Notes: generated by a model not told the origin, from the letters alone. Positions 1-8,882 are shown, counted from the stretch's first letter. The stretch: DNA of 15,342 nt from an uncultured Nitrospinaceae bacterium (GCA_964005815.1 CAXFSR010000019.1:1-15342); one strand, 5' to 3'. A program made the numbers and translations.

Positions 1-636
1 AACACTATTCCATTGATTGGTTTTTCCGGAGCTCCCTTTACTCTTGCATCTTATTTGATAGAGGGTGGCGGTTCAAAGAATTTTGTGAAGACGAAACGGT
101 TTATGTACAAAGAGAAGAATGCCTGGAATAGACTTATGGAAAATTTCACAAAATCTTTGAGTAATTATCTTACTAGTCAAATTGAAGCTGGAGCACAAGC
201 TTTGCAAATTTTTGATAGTTGGGTTGGATGTTTGTCCCGTTCAGATTATCGTGAATATGTTATGCCTCATATGAAAATCCTCTTGAATTCTATCTCAAAA
301 AGAGTACCTGTTATACATTTTGGAACGGGAACATCTGCATTTTTAGAGGATATGAAAGAAGCTGGAGGAGATGTTATTGGACTTGATTTTAGAGTTGATT
401 TAATTGACGCATGGAATCGACTTGGAGATATTCCGGTACAAGGAAATCTTGATCCATGTATTTTATTTTCTGATAAAGATTTGATAGCTAAAAAAGCCGC
501 GGAAATTCTCGAGGCAGTGAATATGCGTCCGGGATATATTTTTAATCTTGGACATGGGGTTCTGCCAGAAACTCCGGTAGATAATGTTAAATATTTGGTA
601 GATTTTGTTCATGAATGGAGAGTGAAAAATCAATGA
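1..636 (+). CDS. hemE: Uroporphyrinogen decarboxylase, 5'-truncated by the window edge
   Basis: Frame is open from base 1 ([18 protein letters not shown]), so the true start lies upstream. UROD motifs [21 protein letters not shown] and FNLGHG are present. Stop TGA 634-636 overlaps the next ATG. Confidence 0.96.
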   Translation, partial: NTIPLIGFSGAPFTLASYLIEGGGSKNFVKTKRFMYKEKNAWNRLMENFTKSLSNYLTSQIEAGAQALQIFDSWVGCLSRSDYREYVMPHMKILLNSISKRVPVIHFGTGTSAFLEDMKEAGGDVIGLDFRVDLIDAWNRLGDIPVQGNLDPCILFSDKDLIAKKAAEILEAVNMRPGYIFNLGHGVLPETPVDNVKYLVDFVHEWRVKNQ

Positions 637-1601
637 CGCAAAAATATGATTCTGTTTTTTTGATAGGCTTCGGTGGTCCTACAAAGGGTTGTTGTCGGAG
701 GTATGATGAATGTCCTGGAGAAGCATTTTGTTATGTAGAAAATATTGTTGGAAATCGTGCAGGGGGAAGGGATAGGATAGAAGAGGTTTCAGAACATTAT
801 AAACATTTTAACGGGGTTTCCCCTTTTGTTTTTTTCTCTCAAAAGCAAGCAGGTGCGCTAGAATTATCTCTGCAGGAAAAAGGATGTGGACTACCGGTTT
901 TCACAGGATATAGGTTTTGGAATCCCTTTGTGAAAGATACTCTCACAGAGATGGCGCAAAATGGATTCCAACGTTCTGTAGGAATAGTTCTTGCACCTCA
1001 TAAGACAAAGATTAGTTGGGATGCTTATTTAAATGAAGTAAAAAAAGCAAACGAAGAATTAGATGGTCAAAGGGTAGAAATAGATTTTATCCCTATGGAC
1101 TGGTTTGATAATACCGGATATGTCGGTTCATTAGCTGAACTAATTAAGAATACATTTGATATTTCTTTGAAAGAAAATAGAGATAGTACCAAATTAATCT
1201 TTACCGCACATTCTATTCCTGTGTCGATGGCAAAAGATTCTACATATGAAAAAGATGTTAGGAAAACTGCAAGCGAAATAGCAAAACTTTTAGAGATTGA
1301 TTCTTATGAAGTAGCTTTCCAATCTAGTCCTAATGTTCCGCCTGGGACATGGTTGGAACCCGATATTATAGATGTTTTGGATGAAAATGCGCGTGCTGGC
1401 AAAAAAAATGTTGTAGTTGTCCCAGTTGGATTTATCTGTGATCATGTTGAGGTTTTGTATGATTTAGATTTTGAGTCGAAAGAACATGCTGAATCGCTTG
1501 GTCTCAGATTTTTTCGCGTTCCTACAGTAGGTACACACCCACGTTTTATTCATATGCTCGCTGATTCTGTTTCAGAATTTATCTCAAGGGAAAAAGTTTG
1601 A
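633..1601 (+). CDS. hemH: Ferrochelatase (probably coproporphyrin ferrochelatase, CpfC-like)
   Basis: Motifs [30 protein letters not shown] and [16 protein letters not shown]. Start placed at ATG 633 (ATGA overlap with the hemE stop) rather than 615. Confidence 0.93.
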   Translation: MTQKYDSVFLIGFGGPTKGCCRRYDECPGEAFCYVENIVGNRAGGRDRIEEVSEHYKHFNGVSPFVFFSQKQAGALELSLQEKGCGLPVFTGYRFWNPFVKDTLTEMAQNGFQRSVGIVLAPHKTKISWDAYLNEVKKANEELDGQRVEIDFIPMDWFDNTGYVGSLAELIKNTFDISLKENRDSTKLIFTAHSIPVSMAKDSTYEKDVRKTASEIAKLLEIDSYEVAFQSSPNVPPGTWLEPDIIDVLDENARAGKKNVVVVPVGFICDHVEVLYDLDFESKEHAESLGLRFFRVPTVGTHPRFIHMLADSVSEFISREKV

Positions 1602-3043
1602 ATCCAAACAGCAAAAGAGTTCTAGTTGTTGGTGGTGGTATTACAGGATTGACCTTGGCGTATAGATTACAGGAAAAATTTTTTAATTCTAAAGAAAATG
1701 CTGAAATAATTCTTGTCGAATCCACTCCTAGGATTGGTGGTATTATTGAGACAGAGCAAAAAGATGGATTTATTTTTGAGAAAGGTCCAGATTCTTTTTT
1801 CAACTCTAAACCAAACGTTCTTTCCTTATGTGAAGATTTGCAGATTGAGAATCGTATTATTGGAACAAACCCTGATTACAGGAGGAGTTTTATCCTGCAA
1901 GGGGAAAATCTAATTCCAGTTCCAAAGGGATTCTATCTAATGTCCCCCATTGCAATAGGACCTTTTTTTGGAAGTCCGCTCATAAGTGTTTTTGGGAAAA
2001 TAAGGATGATGCTTGATTTAGTATTGCCAAGAAGGAATGAATATGAAGACGAATCTTTATACGATTTTGTGGTTCGACGTTTTGGGTATGAAGCCTTCGA
2101 GAAAATTGCACAGCCTATGATAGGAGGTATTTATTCAGCTGATCCTAAGGAACTGAGTCTAAAAGCAACTATGCCGCAATTTTTGGAATTAGAAGAAAAA
2201 TATAGGAGTGTGATACTAGGTCTTAGAAAGACAATGATTCGTAAAGATGACGATACTGATGAGACCTCCAATACTAGCGGCGCGAGATACGGACTTTTTG
2301 CGAGTTTTGACAAAGGGATGGAAGTATTGACAGATTCTATCAAAGATAAATTTAGTTCTGTAGACTTACGGTTAAATAGTGAAGTTACCTCTATTGCAAA
2401 AAAACAAGAGGGTTGGACTGTAGAAATTAATGGGAATGAAATTTTAAATGTAGATACAGTTTGTTTGACGGCTATTAACCCAAAGATTTCACAATTGATT
2501 CAGAATGTTTCCCCAAAATTCTCTAGTTTTTTTAACAAACTTGATTTTGGTTCTTTAGCGACGATCAATTTTGTTTTTAATAAAGAACAAATCAAACATC
2601 CTTTAGATGGAATGGGTTTTGTTGTTCCAGATATAGAAGATAGAAATATTCTTGCATGTTCTTTTTCTAGTGTGAAATTTCCTAATAGATCTCCTGAAGG
2701 TGACTTGCTTTTGAGAGTGTTTATAAAAGAAAGTGAGTGGAATAATTTTTCAGAAAAAAAGAATAGCTCAATTATTGAAAGGGTAATGAAAGAATTGCGA
2801 ATGATATTAAAAATACATGGAGAGCCTAAACATACAGATGTAAATTTCTATTTAAAATCGACTCCGCAATATAAAGTTGGTCATTTAGAACGGATAGAAG
2901 GCTTAGAAAAATCTGTAAGTGAATTGTCAGGTCTTTTTTTTGCGGGGAAAGGTTATAGAGGGGTGGGTATTTCAGATTGCGTTGCAAGTGCAGACATCGT
3001 CTCTGAAAAAGTATATGAATTCTTAAATGCCCCTTCAATTTGA
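1598..3043 (+). CDS. hemY: FAD-dependent protoporphyrinogen/coproporphyrinogen oxidase (HemY type)
   Basis: N-terminal VVGGGITGL dinucleotide fold, RIGG, FEKGPDSF, GGIYSADP..LS, PQYKVGH and C-terminal YRGVGISDC. TTG start overlaps the hemH stop (TTGA). Confidence 0.92.
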   Translation: MNPNSKRVLVVGGGITGLTLAYRLQEKFFNSKENAEIILVESTPRIGGIIETEQKDGFIFEKGPDSFFNSKPNVLSLCEDLQIENRIIGTNPDYRRSFILQGENLIPVPKGFYLMSPIAIGPFFGSPLISVFGKIRMMLDLVLPRRNEYEDESLYDFVVRRFGYEAFEKIAQPMIGGIYSADPKELSLKATMPQFLELEEKYRSVILGLRKTMIRKDDDTDETSNTSGARYGLFASFDKGMEVLTDSIKDKFSSVDLRLNSEVTSIAKKQEGWTVEINGNEILNVDTVCLTAINPKISQLIQNVSPKFSSFFNKLDFGSLATINFVFNKEQIKHPLDGMGFVVPDIEDRNILACSFSSVKFPNRSPEGDLLLRVFIKESEWNNFSEKKNSSIIERVMKELRMILKIHGEPKHTDVNFYLKSTPQYKVGHLERIEGLEKSVSELSGLFFAGKGYRGVGISDCVASADIVSEKVYEFLNAPSI

Positions 3044-3142
3044 TTTGCGTTTCTATATAATGTTTCTTTGTTGATTTGACCGCAGACATTTCTTTCTGTT
3101 AATAGGTTGCTTAGTTTTATAAACTTTTAGAAGAGTTATTAA

Positions 3143-3643
3143 ATGTTTGATGATGAACTTCAGCGTGATGAACATAAAAAAATTAGTAAGGAAATTGAGA
3201 TTATTCGGCGTCCATTTGTTGGGATAGTCTCCGGATATCACGAACTAGGATATAGGGTTTTAGGTCCTGAACTAGATGAAAAAGCTGGTTCTGTGGAGAT
3301 AGAAGGACGTCTTATGGTTTCTCCAAAGCTTGTTTGGACTCCATCTGAAATGCAGAAAACTTTTGGAGAAATATTCGAGGACGAGGAACTGATGGATACG
3401 AATTTGGTAGGTCGTGTTTTTGCATTTCCTAAGGTTGTTTCAGGAAATTATGATGTTACAAGTGAACACCTTAAGATTAAACGCCACGAGTGGAGTCCGG
3501 ATACTTTGATAGAGAAAGTTATTGAAGAAATGACACGTTGTGAAATTACAGATACCGCGGTGGTTAAAACACCTGACGTAAGGTTTTATCCTGTTGCTGT
3601 TCAACGATTTATTTATGATATTCTTAAAGACGAATTTTCCTAG
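3143..3643 (+). CDS. Hypothetical protein, 166 aa, acidic and soluble-looking
   Basis: Fills the gap between hemY and the convergent gene. ATG preceded by AGAAGAG. Protein-like composition but no motif I can assign. Confidence 0.8.
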   Translation: MFDDELQRDEHKKISKEIEIIRRPFVGIVSGYHELGYRVLGPELDEKAGSVEIEGRLMVSPKLVWTPSEMQKTFGEIFEDEELMDTNLVGRVFAFPKVVSGNYDVTSEHLKIKRHEWSPDTLIEKVIEEMTRCEITDTAVVKTPDVRFYPVAVQRFIYDILKDEFS

Positions 3644-3679
3644 GATTTGTCTTACTCAGTATTAGTGTCGGCTATTTTA

Positions 3680-4078
3680 TTATTTGTCTCCTATAAAACT
3701 ACTAAGAAACCCTCTATGCTTTGCAATAAAAGCGTATAGATATTTGACGAGTTGCCTAAGAATAGGTTTTCTTGTCATTGTTGCAATTTTATCGTACCCA
3801 ATTGCAAATAAGATTTCTGTGATCGCATCACCACCATTAAAAATTTCATGTGTCGGTTTTAGAAATTGAATAGACTGAATGCATTCTTTTTTAAAATCAT
3901 CATTCATCGGTGGAGAAGGAATTTCTTGAAAGGGAATTAAATATAATTTTTTCTCACCTCCTTTTGAAATGATCCAGTCAATACATTTTTGACAAAATTT
4001 GCAATTTCTATCCCAAATAAGAATGTTTTTTGAAGTTTTAAAAAAAGTGTGAAGTGAAGAAATAGTTTTTTTATTCAT
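3680..4078 (-). CDS. DCC1-like thiol-disulfide oxidoreductase family protein (DUF393)
   Basis: N-terminal IWDRNCKFC (DxxCxxC), then GGDAI and C-terminal Y.FIAKHR, typical of DCC proteins. Start reassigned to ATG at 4078, giving an 8-bp overlap with the upstream stop. Confidence 0.82.
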   Translation of the reverse strand: MNKKTISSLHTFFKTSKNILIWDRNCKFCQKCIDWIISKGGEKKLYLIPFQEIPSPPMNDDFKKECIQSIQFLKPTHEIFNGGDAITEILFAIGYDKIATMTRKPILRQLVKYLYAFIAKHRGFLSSFIGDK

Positions 4079-4673
4079 TAGGAAAAATTTGTACTGCTTT
4101 TGGGTAAACTGGACAGTAATGTTCGCATAATCCACATCCTACACATCCCTGAGTAATGATTGGACCTATTTCTTCGGACTCAGTTACGATTTCAATTGCA
4201 TCTTTTCCAACAGGACAGTGTGTTGCGCAAGCCTTACAAGATTTGTCTTTTCCATTCCATGCAATACATGTTTCTTTCTCAACTTTCGCAATTCCTATTG
4301 AAATTTTACGTATATCTATAATTGTGAGTGCGCCAGTCGGGCAGGATTTCATGCATGACAAATCGTCACATAAGACGCAAGCAGAATCTGAAGGTATAAT
4401 TCTTGGAGTGAATCGTGAAGTATCGCTCTCTTCAGGGAGAAGAAGAATTGCATTTGCTGGACATGCCTCAGCACAAAGTCCGCTTCCTTCACAAAGGTTT
4501 AAAAAATCAACTTCAGTTTTTGCTCCTGGTGGTCTAAGAATAGGACCATCTAAGGAACTTTTCTGAATAGTTGTATCTTCATTTTGTGAACCTTCGAAAA
4601 AAGCTCGAAGCAAAGAAAGAGGCCCCTCTTTAAAAAAGTCTTTTCTGTCTATTTTCTTTTCATTCTCTTCCAT
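4071..4673 (-). CDS. NapG/MauM/NapF-family 4Fe-4S polyferredoxin
   Basis: LRPPGA..E..FL..C signature. Four Cys clusters: CEGSGLCAEACP, CVLCDDLSCMKSCP, CIAW..SCKACATHCP and CVGCGLCEHYCP. Likely start ATG at 4673 (MEENEKKIDRKDFFK). Confidence 0.88.
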   Translation of the reverse strand: MEENEKKIDRKDFFKEGPLSLLRAFFEGSQNEDTTIQKSSLDGPILRPPGAKTEVDFLNLCEGSGLCAEACPANAILLLPEESDTSRFTPRIIPSDSACVLCDDLSCMKSCPTGALTIIDIRKISIGIAKVEKETCIAWNGKDKSCKACATHCPVGKDAIEIVTESEEIGPIITQGCVGCGLCEHYCPVYPKAVQIFPNE

Positions 4674-4799
4674 TTTATTCACTTGTGTTATCCGTTGAAA
4701 TATTTGACTAAGTAAATCGAAACTCTGCTTCAATTATTTGATTTTGTCGAGTACTATGAATTTAAAGTTTAATTTAATTTTTTATAGAAGGACAGACCG

Positions 4800-6068
4800 T
4801 TGTCGAATAGGACAGTTGTGCAGAAAATACTTGCGAGAGCTAGTGGCAAGGATAGTGTAGAAATTGGAGATATAATATGGGGAAAAGTTGATGCGCATTT
4901 GATGCATGACAATCAGGGTCCATTTCGAATGAAGGATGATTTTAAAAAATTAGGACTTCCGATTTGGGATAAAAGTCGTTTCCTACTTACTGCAGACCAT
5001 CACAACCCTCCAACGCAAGATTCTCAAACACATGTATTGAATGTCACTCGATCTTGGGCAAAAGAGCAAAAAGTTGAACATTTTTATGATGCAGAGGGAA
5101 TTTGTCATATTCTTCTCGCAGAAAAAGGTTTTGTCCAGCCTGGTTTCTTAGTCACTGGAACTGATAGTCATACTACCAACGCAGGTGCATTGGGCGCTTT
5201 GGGTGTAGCTATTGGACCTACAGAGAGTGTTGGCGTTCTTACTACCGGTGAAGTCTGGTTGCGGGTTCCTGAAACAATACGTATTTCATTTAAAGGGGAA
5301 CTGCCAGAAGGTACATGGGGTAAGGATCTTTCTCTGCTAGCCCTTAAAGATTTGGGGGTAGATGGTGCTGATTATAAAGTTCTACAATTTGAAGGAGATA
5401 CTTTAAATTCTATGTCTGTTGAAGATAGGATGACTCTCACTAATATGGCTGCGGAGTTTAGTGCCAAAAGTGCAATTATGGACATTGATGAAAAGACAGA
5501 AGAGTATTTAAGAAAAGCAGGAGTAGATGGCGATATAGAAATTTTAAAATCTGATGAAAATGCAGCATATCACTCATCTTATGAATACAACGTAAATGAT
5601 CTTACGCCTCAAGTAGCTTGTCCCCATAGAATGGACAATGTGACCTCGGTAGAAAATGTAGATTCGGGACCTATTCAAAGAGCACACATAGGTTCATGTA
5701 CAGGAGCAAAACTAGAGGATCTTAGAGCTGCTGCAAAAGTATTGAAAGGAAACCGGATTGCAAGAGGTTTGCAATTACTTATTGCACCCGCTAGCAAAGA
5801 TATTCTAAATAATGCAATGGAAGATGGCACCTTATCTGTCCTTATCGAAGCAGGTGGAGTATTAATGCCCACAACTTGTGGAATTTGTTCTGGAAAAGGT
5901 CCAGGACAGTTAGGTCCTGGAGAAGTGTGTATTTCTTCTGCGAATAGAAACTATAAAGGAAGGATGGGTAGCGAAGAAGCTTCTATTTATCTGGCTTCAG
6001 CGGCTACTGTTGCTGCAAGTGCTATTGAAGGAAGGGTATCTGATCCAAGGAGTTTTTTAAATGAATAA
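4800..6068 (+). CDS. Aconitase-family 3-isopropylmalate dehydratase/homoaconitase-like large subunit (LeuC/HacA-like, substrate uncertain)
   Basis: DHH, EGICH, GTDSHT, IGSCT, CGIC and NRNYKGRMG motifs with three Fe-S cysteines. About 420 aa, the short type. TTG start with AGAAGGA upstream. Confidence 0.9.
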   Translation: MSNRTVVQKILARASGKDSVEIGDIIWGKVDAHLMHDNQGPFRMKDDFKKLGLPIWDKSRFLLTADHHNPPTQDSQTHVLNVTRSWAKEQKVEHFYDAEGICHILLAEKGFVQPGFLVTGTDSHTTNAGALGALGVAIGPTESVGVLTTGEVWLRVPETIRISFKGELPEGTWGKDLSLLALKDLGVDGADYKVLQFEGDTLNSMSVEDRMTLTNMAAEFSAKSAIMDIDEKTEEYLRKAGVDGDIEILKSDENAAYHSSYEYNVNDLTPQVACPHRMDNVTSVENVDSGPIQRAHIGSCTGAKLEDLRAAAKVLKGNRIARGLQLLIAPASKDILNNAMEDGTLSVLIEAGGVLMPTTCGICSGKGPGQLGPGEVCISSANRNYKGRMGSEEASIYLASAATVAASAIEGRVSDPRSFLNE

Positions 6069-6555
6069 TGTTAGTATCGCTGGGAAAGCATGGACGTTCG
6101 GAGATAACGTTGATACTGGTTATATCATGCCTGCTGCTTATGCAAGTTTTCCAGATGAAAAATTAGCAGATCATGCTATGGAGGGAGTCGATAGTGAATT
6201 TGCATCTAAGGTAAATAAAGATGATTTCATTGTAGCTGGAAAAAATTTTGGTTGTGGATCTAGTCGCGAAACAGCTCCTCGAGGGATTAAATTTGCTGGG
6301 GTTGGAGCCGTAATAGCACAGAGTTTCGCTAGGAATTTTTTTAGAAATTCAATTTGTATAGGGTTACCCGTATTGATTTGTCCTGATTGCAAGACAATTT
6401 CTGAAGGAGATGAACTTTCCGTTGATCCTATCTCAGGTGAAGTGAGAAATATAACTCAAGATAAAACAATGCAGGCGGAGCCCCTTCCCGAACATATAAT
6501 GAACATGATCAAAGCAGGTGGACTCATTCCATTTCTAGAGAAAACGTTGAAATAG
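6061..6555 (+). CDS. LeuD/HacB-like dehydratase small subunit
   Basis: FGDNVDT, AGKNFGCGSSRE, SFARNFFRN and GGLI motifs. 8-bp overlap with the large subunit gene. Confidence 0.92.
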   Translation: MNNVSIAGKAWTFGDNVDTGYIMPAAYASFPDEKLADHAMEGVDSEFASKVNKDDFIVAGKNFGCGSSRETAPRGIKFAGVGAVIAQSFARNFFRNSICIGLPVLICPDCKTISEGDELSVDPISGEVRNITQDKTMQAEPLPEHIMNMIKAGGLIPFLEKTLK

Positions 6556-6591
6556 TTTTTCTATATAACTATTCAGAAATTAGTTTATATC

Positions 6592-7434
6592 TTATGGCGA
6601 AACAACATAATTTCTTAGTATCCCTATTTCATCAATCTCACATTCGACAACATCTCCTACTTGCATAGTTCTTGGTGGGTCCATTGCAAACCCAACTCCT
6701 TCTGGTGTGCCTGTAGCAATCATATCTCCAGGTTGCAGTGTAAGACCTTCAGAAACTGACTCTATCAATGTCGGGATATCGAAAATCATATCATTGGTAT
6801 TAGAATCTTGACGGGTTTCTCCATTTATTCTTGTCTGAATTCTCAAATTGTTTGCATCTTTTATTTCATCTTTTGTCACAATCCAAGGTCCGATCGGTCC
6901 GAAAGAGTCGAGAGCTTTCCCTTTAAACCATTGCAAATGTTTGAGTTGTACATCTCTGGCAGAAACTTCATTCATGATTGTATATCCATATACATGATCG
7001 AGTGCTTTTTCCTTTGGAATATTAATTCCTTGTTTGCCAATGACAATTACAAGTTCGCATTCATAATCTAGTTCTTCGGTAGATGGATGATAGATAATTT
7101 CTCCATTATGATGATTGTTTGTACCGATCCATTTGCAAAAGAAATACGGTATCTCAGGATAAACTCCTACTTCTCTACCGCGTTTCCTCGCACCTTCATC
7201 TGCATGTTTTTTATAATTCAGACCTACTGCGATAACAGGTCTCCGTAAATTTTGAATAGGAGCAAGAAATTTCACGGATTCTAGAGATATTGGGTTTTGG
7301 TTTGTTTCAACTTTACCGTTTTCAGTTATAATTTTATAGATATCTTGTGGTTCAGAAATTATTTCCTCCACCCCATTGTCAGTGAGAACCCCTAATTTTT
7401 CTATTCCGTCTGATTCAAATGTTAATATTCTCAT
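6592..7434 (-). CDS. Fumarylacetoacetate hydrolase (FAH) family protein
   Basis: GLNY..H, LDYECEL, SARDVQ, WFKGK..D, GPIGPWIV and TGTPEGVG motifs. AGGAG RBS upstream on the minus strand. Confidence 0.93.
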   Translation of the reverse strand: MRILTFESDGIEKLGVLTDNGVEEIISEPQDIYKIITENGKVETNQNPISLESVKFLAPIQNLRRPVIAVGLNYKKHADEGARKRGREVGVYPEIPYFFCKWIGTNNHHNGEIIYHPSTEELDYECELVIVIGKQGINIPKEKALDHVYGYTIMNEVSARDVQLKHLQWFKGKALDSFGPIGPWIVTKDEIKDANNLRIQTRINGETRQDSNTNDMIFDIPTLIESVSEGLTLQPGDMIATGTPEGVGFAMDPPRTMQVGDVVECEIDEIGILRNYVVSP

Positions 7435-7463
7435 TTTTTCTCCTGTGAGCTGAGATTAATTCG

Positions 7464-8261
7464 TTAAAGTCCAGATTTTTTTGCAACTTCTCTTATCATA
7501 TTTGCTTGAGCAGATGCGCCAGCAATCATGAAATTTAAATCACTTCCACTAAGTATAAATCGCATACCTTCACTAATTCTCTTTTCTATAAGATCTGGTT
7601 GATAGGAACCACCCATGCCAGGAGTTTTTCCGTGCTTTGTGCATGCATTTACAACTTGTTCATAAACTTTGTTCACTTTAGGATGGTCATGTTGTCCAGT
7701 AATACCCATTCCAGTACTTAAATCATTTGTTCCTATTAAAAGAACATCAATTCCATCAACGGATGCTATTTCATCCGCCTTATCTCCTGCTTCAGGAGTT
7801 TCAATCATTGCAACGAGTAAAGTTTCGTTGTTTACCTCTTGTAACAGTTCTTTTGGATTCATATGTTCAAATTTAGCGTGTGCAAGACCACCGCCTGAAC
7901 TACGATTTCCTTCCATAGGGAATTTACAAATAGAGACGAGTTTTTCTGCTTCTTTTGCATTATTTACGTGCGGCAAGATAATTCCTTGAGCCCCGCTATC
8001 TAAAATCCTTGTGCTGAGATGTGGGTCAAGGTCAGCGACTCTAACTAGAGGAGTGATTTCTTGAGTAAGTGCTGCAATAGAAATTTGTTGAGCAGTTTCA
8101 AGAGTAAAGGGTCCATGTTCTAGGTCTATAAAAAGCCAGTCGTAACCAGAAGCCTTCATAGCTAGCCCTACTTCAACGGTATTTGCCATTCTCACTCCGG
8201 AACCCAAAGTTACTTTTCCATCCTTGCATTTTTGTTTCGTTAAGTTTTTAATTACTCCCAT
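7464..8261 (-). CDS. HpcH/HpaI-family class II pyruvate-dependent aldolase
   Basis: DWLFIDLEHG, PLVRV, LDSGAQGIILPHV, MIET and IGTNDLS motifs. GGGAGAG upstream of the ATG. Confidence 0.92.
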   Translation of the reverse strand: MGVIKNLTKQKCKDGKVTLGSGVRMANTVEVGLAMKASGYDWLFIDLEHGPFTLETAQQISIAALTQEITPLVRVADLDPHLSTRILDSGAQGIILPHVNNAKEAEKLVSICKFPMEGNRSSGGGLAHAKFEHMNPKELLQEVNNETLLVAMIETPEAGDKADEIASVDGIDVLLIGTNDLSTGMGITGQHDHPKVNKVYEQVVNACTKHGKTPGMGGSYQPDLIEKRISEGMRFILSGSDLNFMIAGASAQANMIREVAKKSGL

Positions 8262-8393
8262 GATTCTCTCCCAGAGAAATATTTGATAGGGTAGGTTCTT
8301 CTCTATAAATTGTATGTAAGACTATACGTACTTCATAATTGTTTCTTCGGCAAGGAGAATTTTTTTCTTAAAACAAAAATTAGGAGAAAATAG

Positions 8394-8882
8394 TTGATTC
8401 GGAATCTTAGGCTACAACATATGGGAATTAAGGTTCGCGACTTGGATCGTTCGATTAAATTCTATCATGAAGTACTTGGTTTTCAATTACGTTCAAAACA
8501 TAAAGAAGGGAATCATCCAGAAACTCCTTTTGGAAGTGCTTTTATGTATCTGGATAAATATCATCATCAACTCGCGATTTTTTCTGTGCCGCATGATTGG
8601 GTTTCACAAGAAGGAGAAGACACGGTTCCAAGGAAAGATATTGGTCTCCATCATCTTGCCTTTGAAGTTTCAGGAAAGAAAGATTTTGAGGATGCAGTTT
8701 CTTTTATAAAATCCAGAGAAGAAATTAGGGTTGTATGGGGACCTTTAAGATTAGATGGTACAAATGGGTTGTGGGGTGGACACGAAGCAATTTATTTTCT
8801 AGATCCTGATGGAAATCGAATTGAAATTTTCCATGATTCAGATATCTTTGTCGGAAGTGCACCTGCATGGGTAAATAAATAA
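8394..8882 (+). CDS. VOC (glyoxalase/extradiol dioxygenase) family protein
   Basis: LQHMGIKVRDLDRSIKFY..VLG, HHQLA, GLHHLAFEV and IYFLDPDGNRIE. TTG start with AGGAG at 8382-8386. Confidence 0.9.
   Translation: MIRNLRLQHMGIKVRDLDRSIKFYHEVLGFQLRSKHKEGNHPETPFGSAFMYLDKYHHQLAIFSVPHDWVSQEGEDTVPRKDIGLHHLAFEVSGKKDFEDAVSFIKSREEIRVVWGPLRLDGTNGLWGGHEAIYFLDPDGNRIEIFHDSDIFVGSAPAWVNK

Noticed and set aside
1579..3241. Short ORFs 1579-1803, 1713-1913, 2131-2343, 2826-3089 and 3053-3241
   Set aside because: Antisense or off-frame shadows of hemY and the hypothetical gene, with no motifs.
3684..4566. Plus-strand ORFs 3684-3869 and 4156-4566
   Set aside because: Antisense to the motif-supported DCC and polyferredoxin genes.
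4071..6068. Identical 8-bp ATGAATAA start/stop overlap at 4071-4078 (-) and 6061-6068 (+)
   Set aside because: ATGnnTAA overlaps are a common form of translational coupling, so the identity is likely coincidental in AT-rich DNA.
8307..8340. Imperfect dyad (TATGTAAG...CTTCATA) in the divergent aldolase/VOC gap as an operator
   Set aside because: Needs gaps to align, is AT-rich, and no regulator gene is nearby, so support is insufficient.
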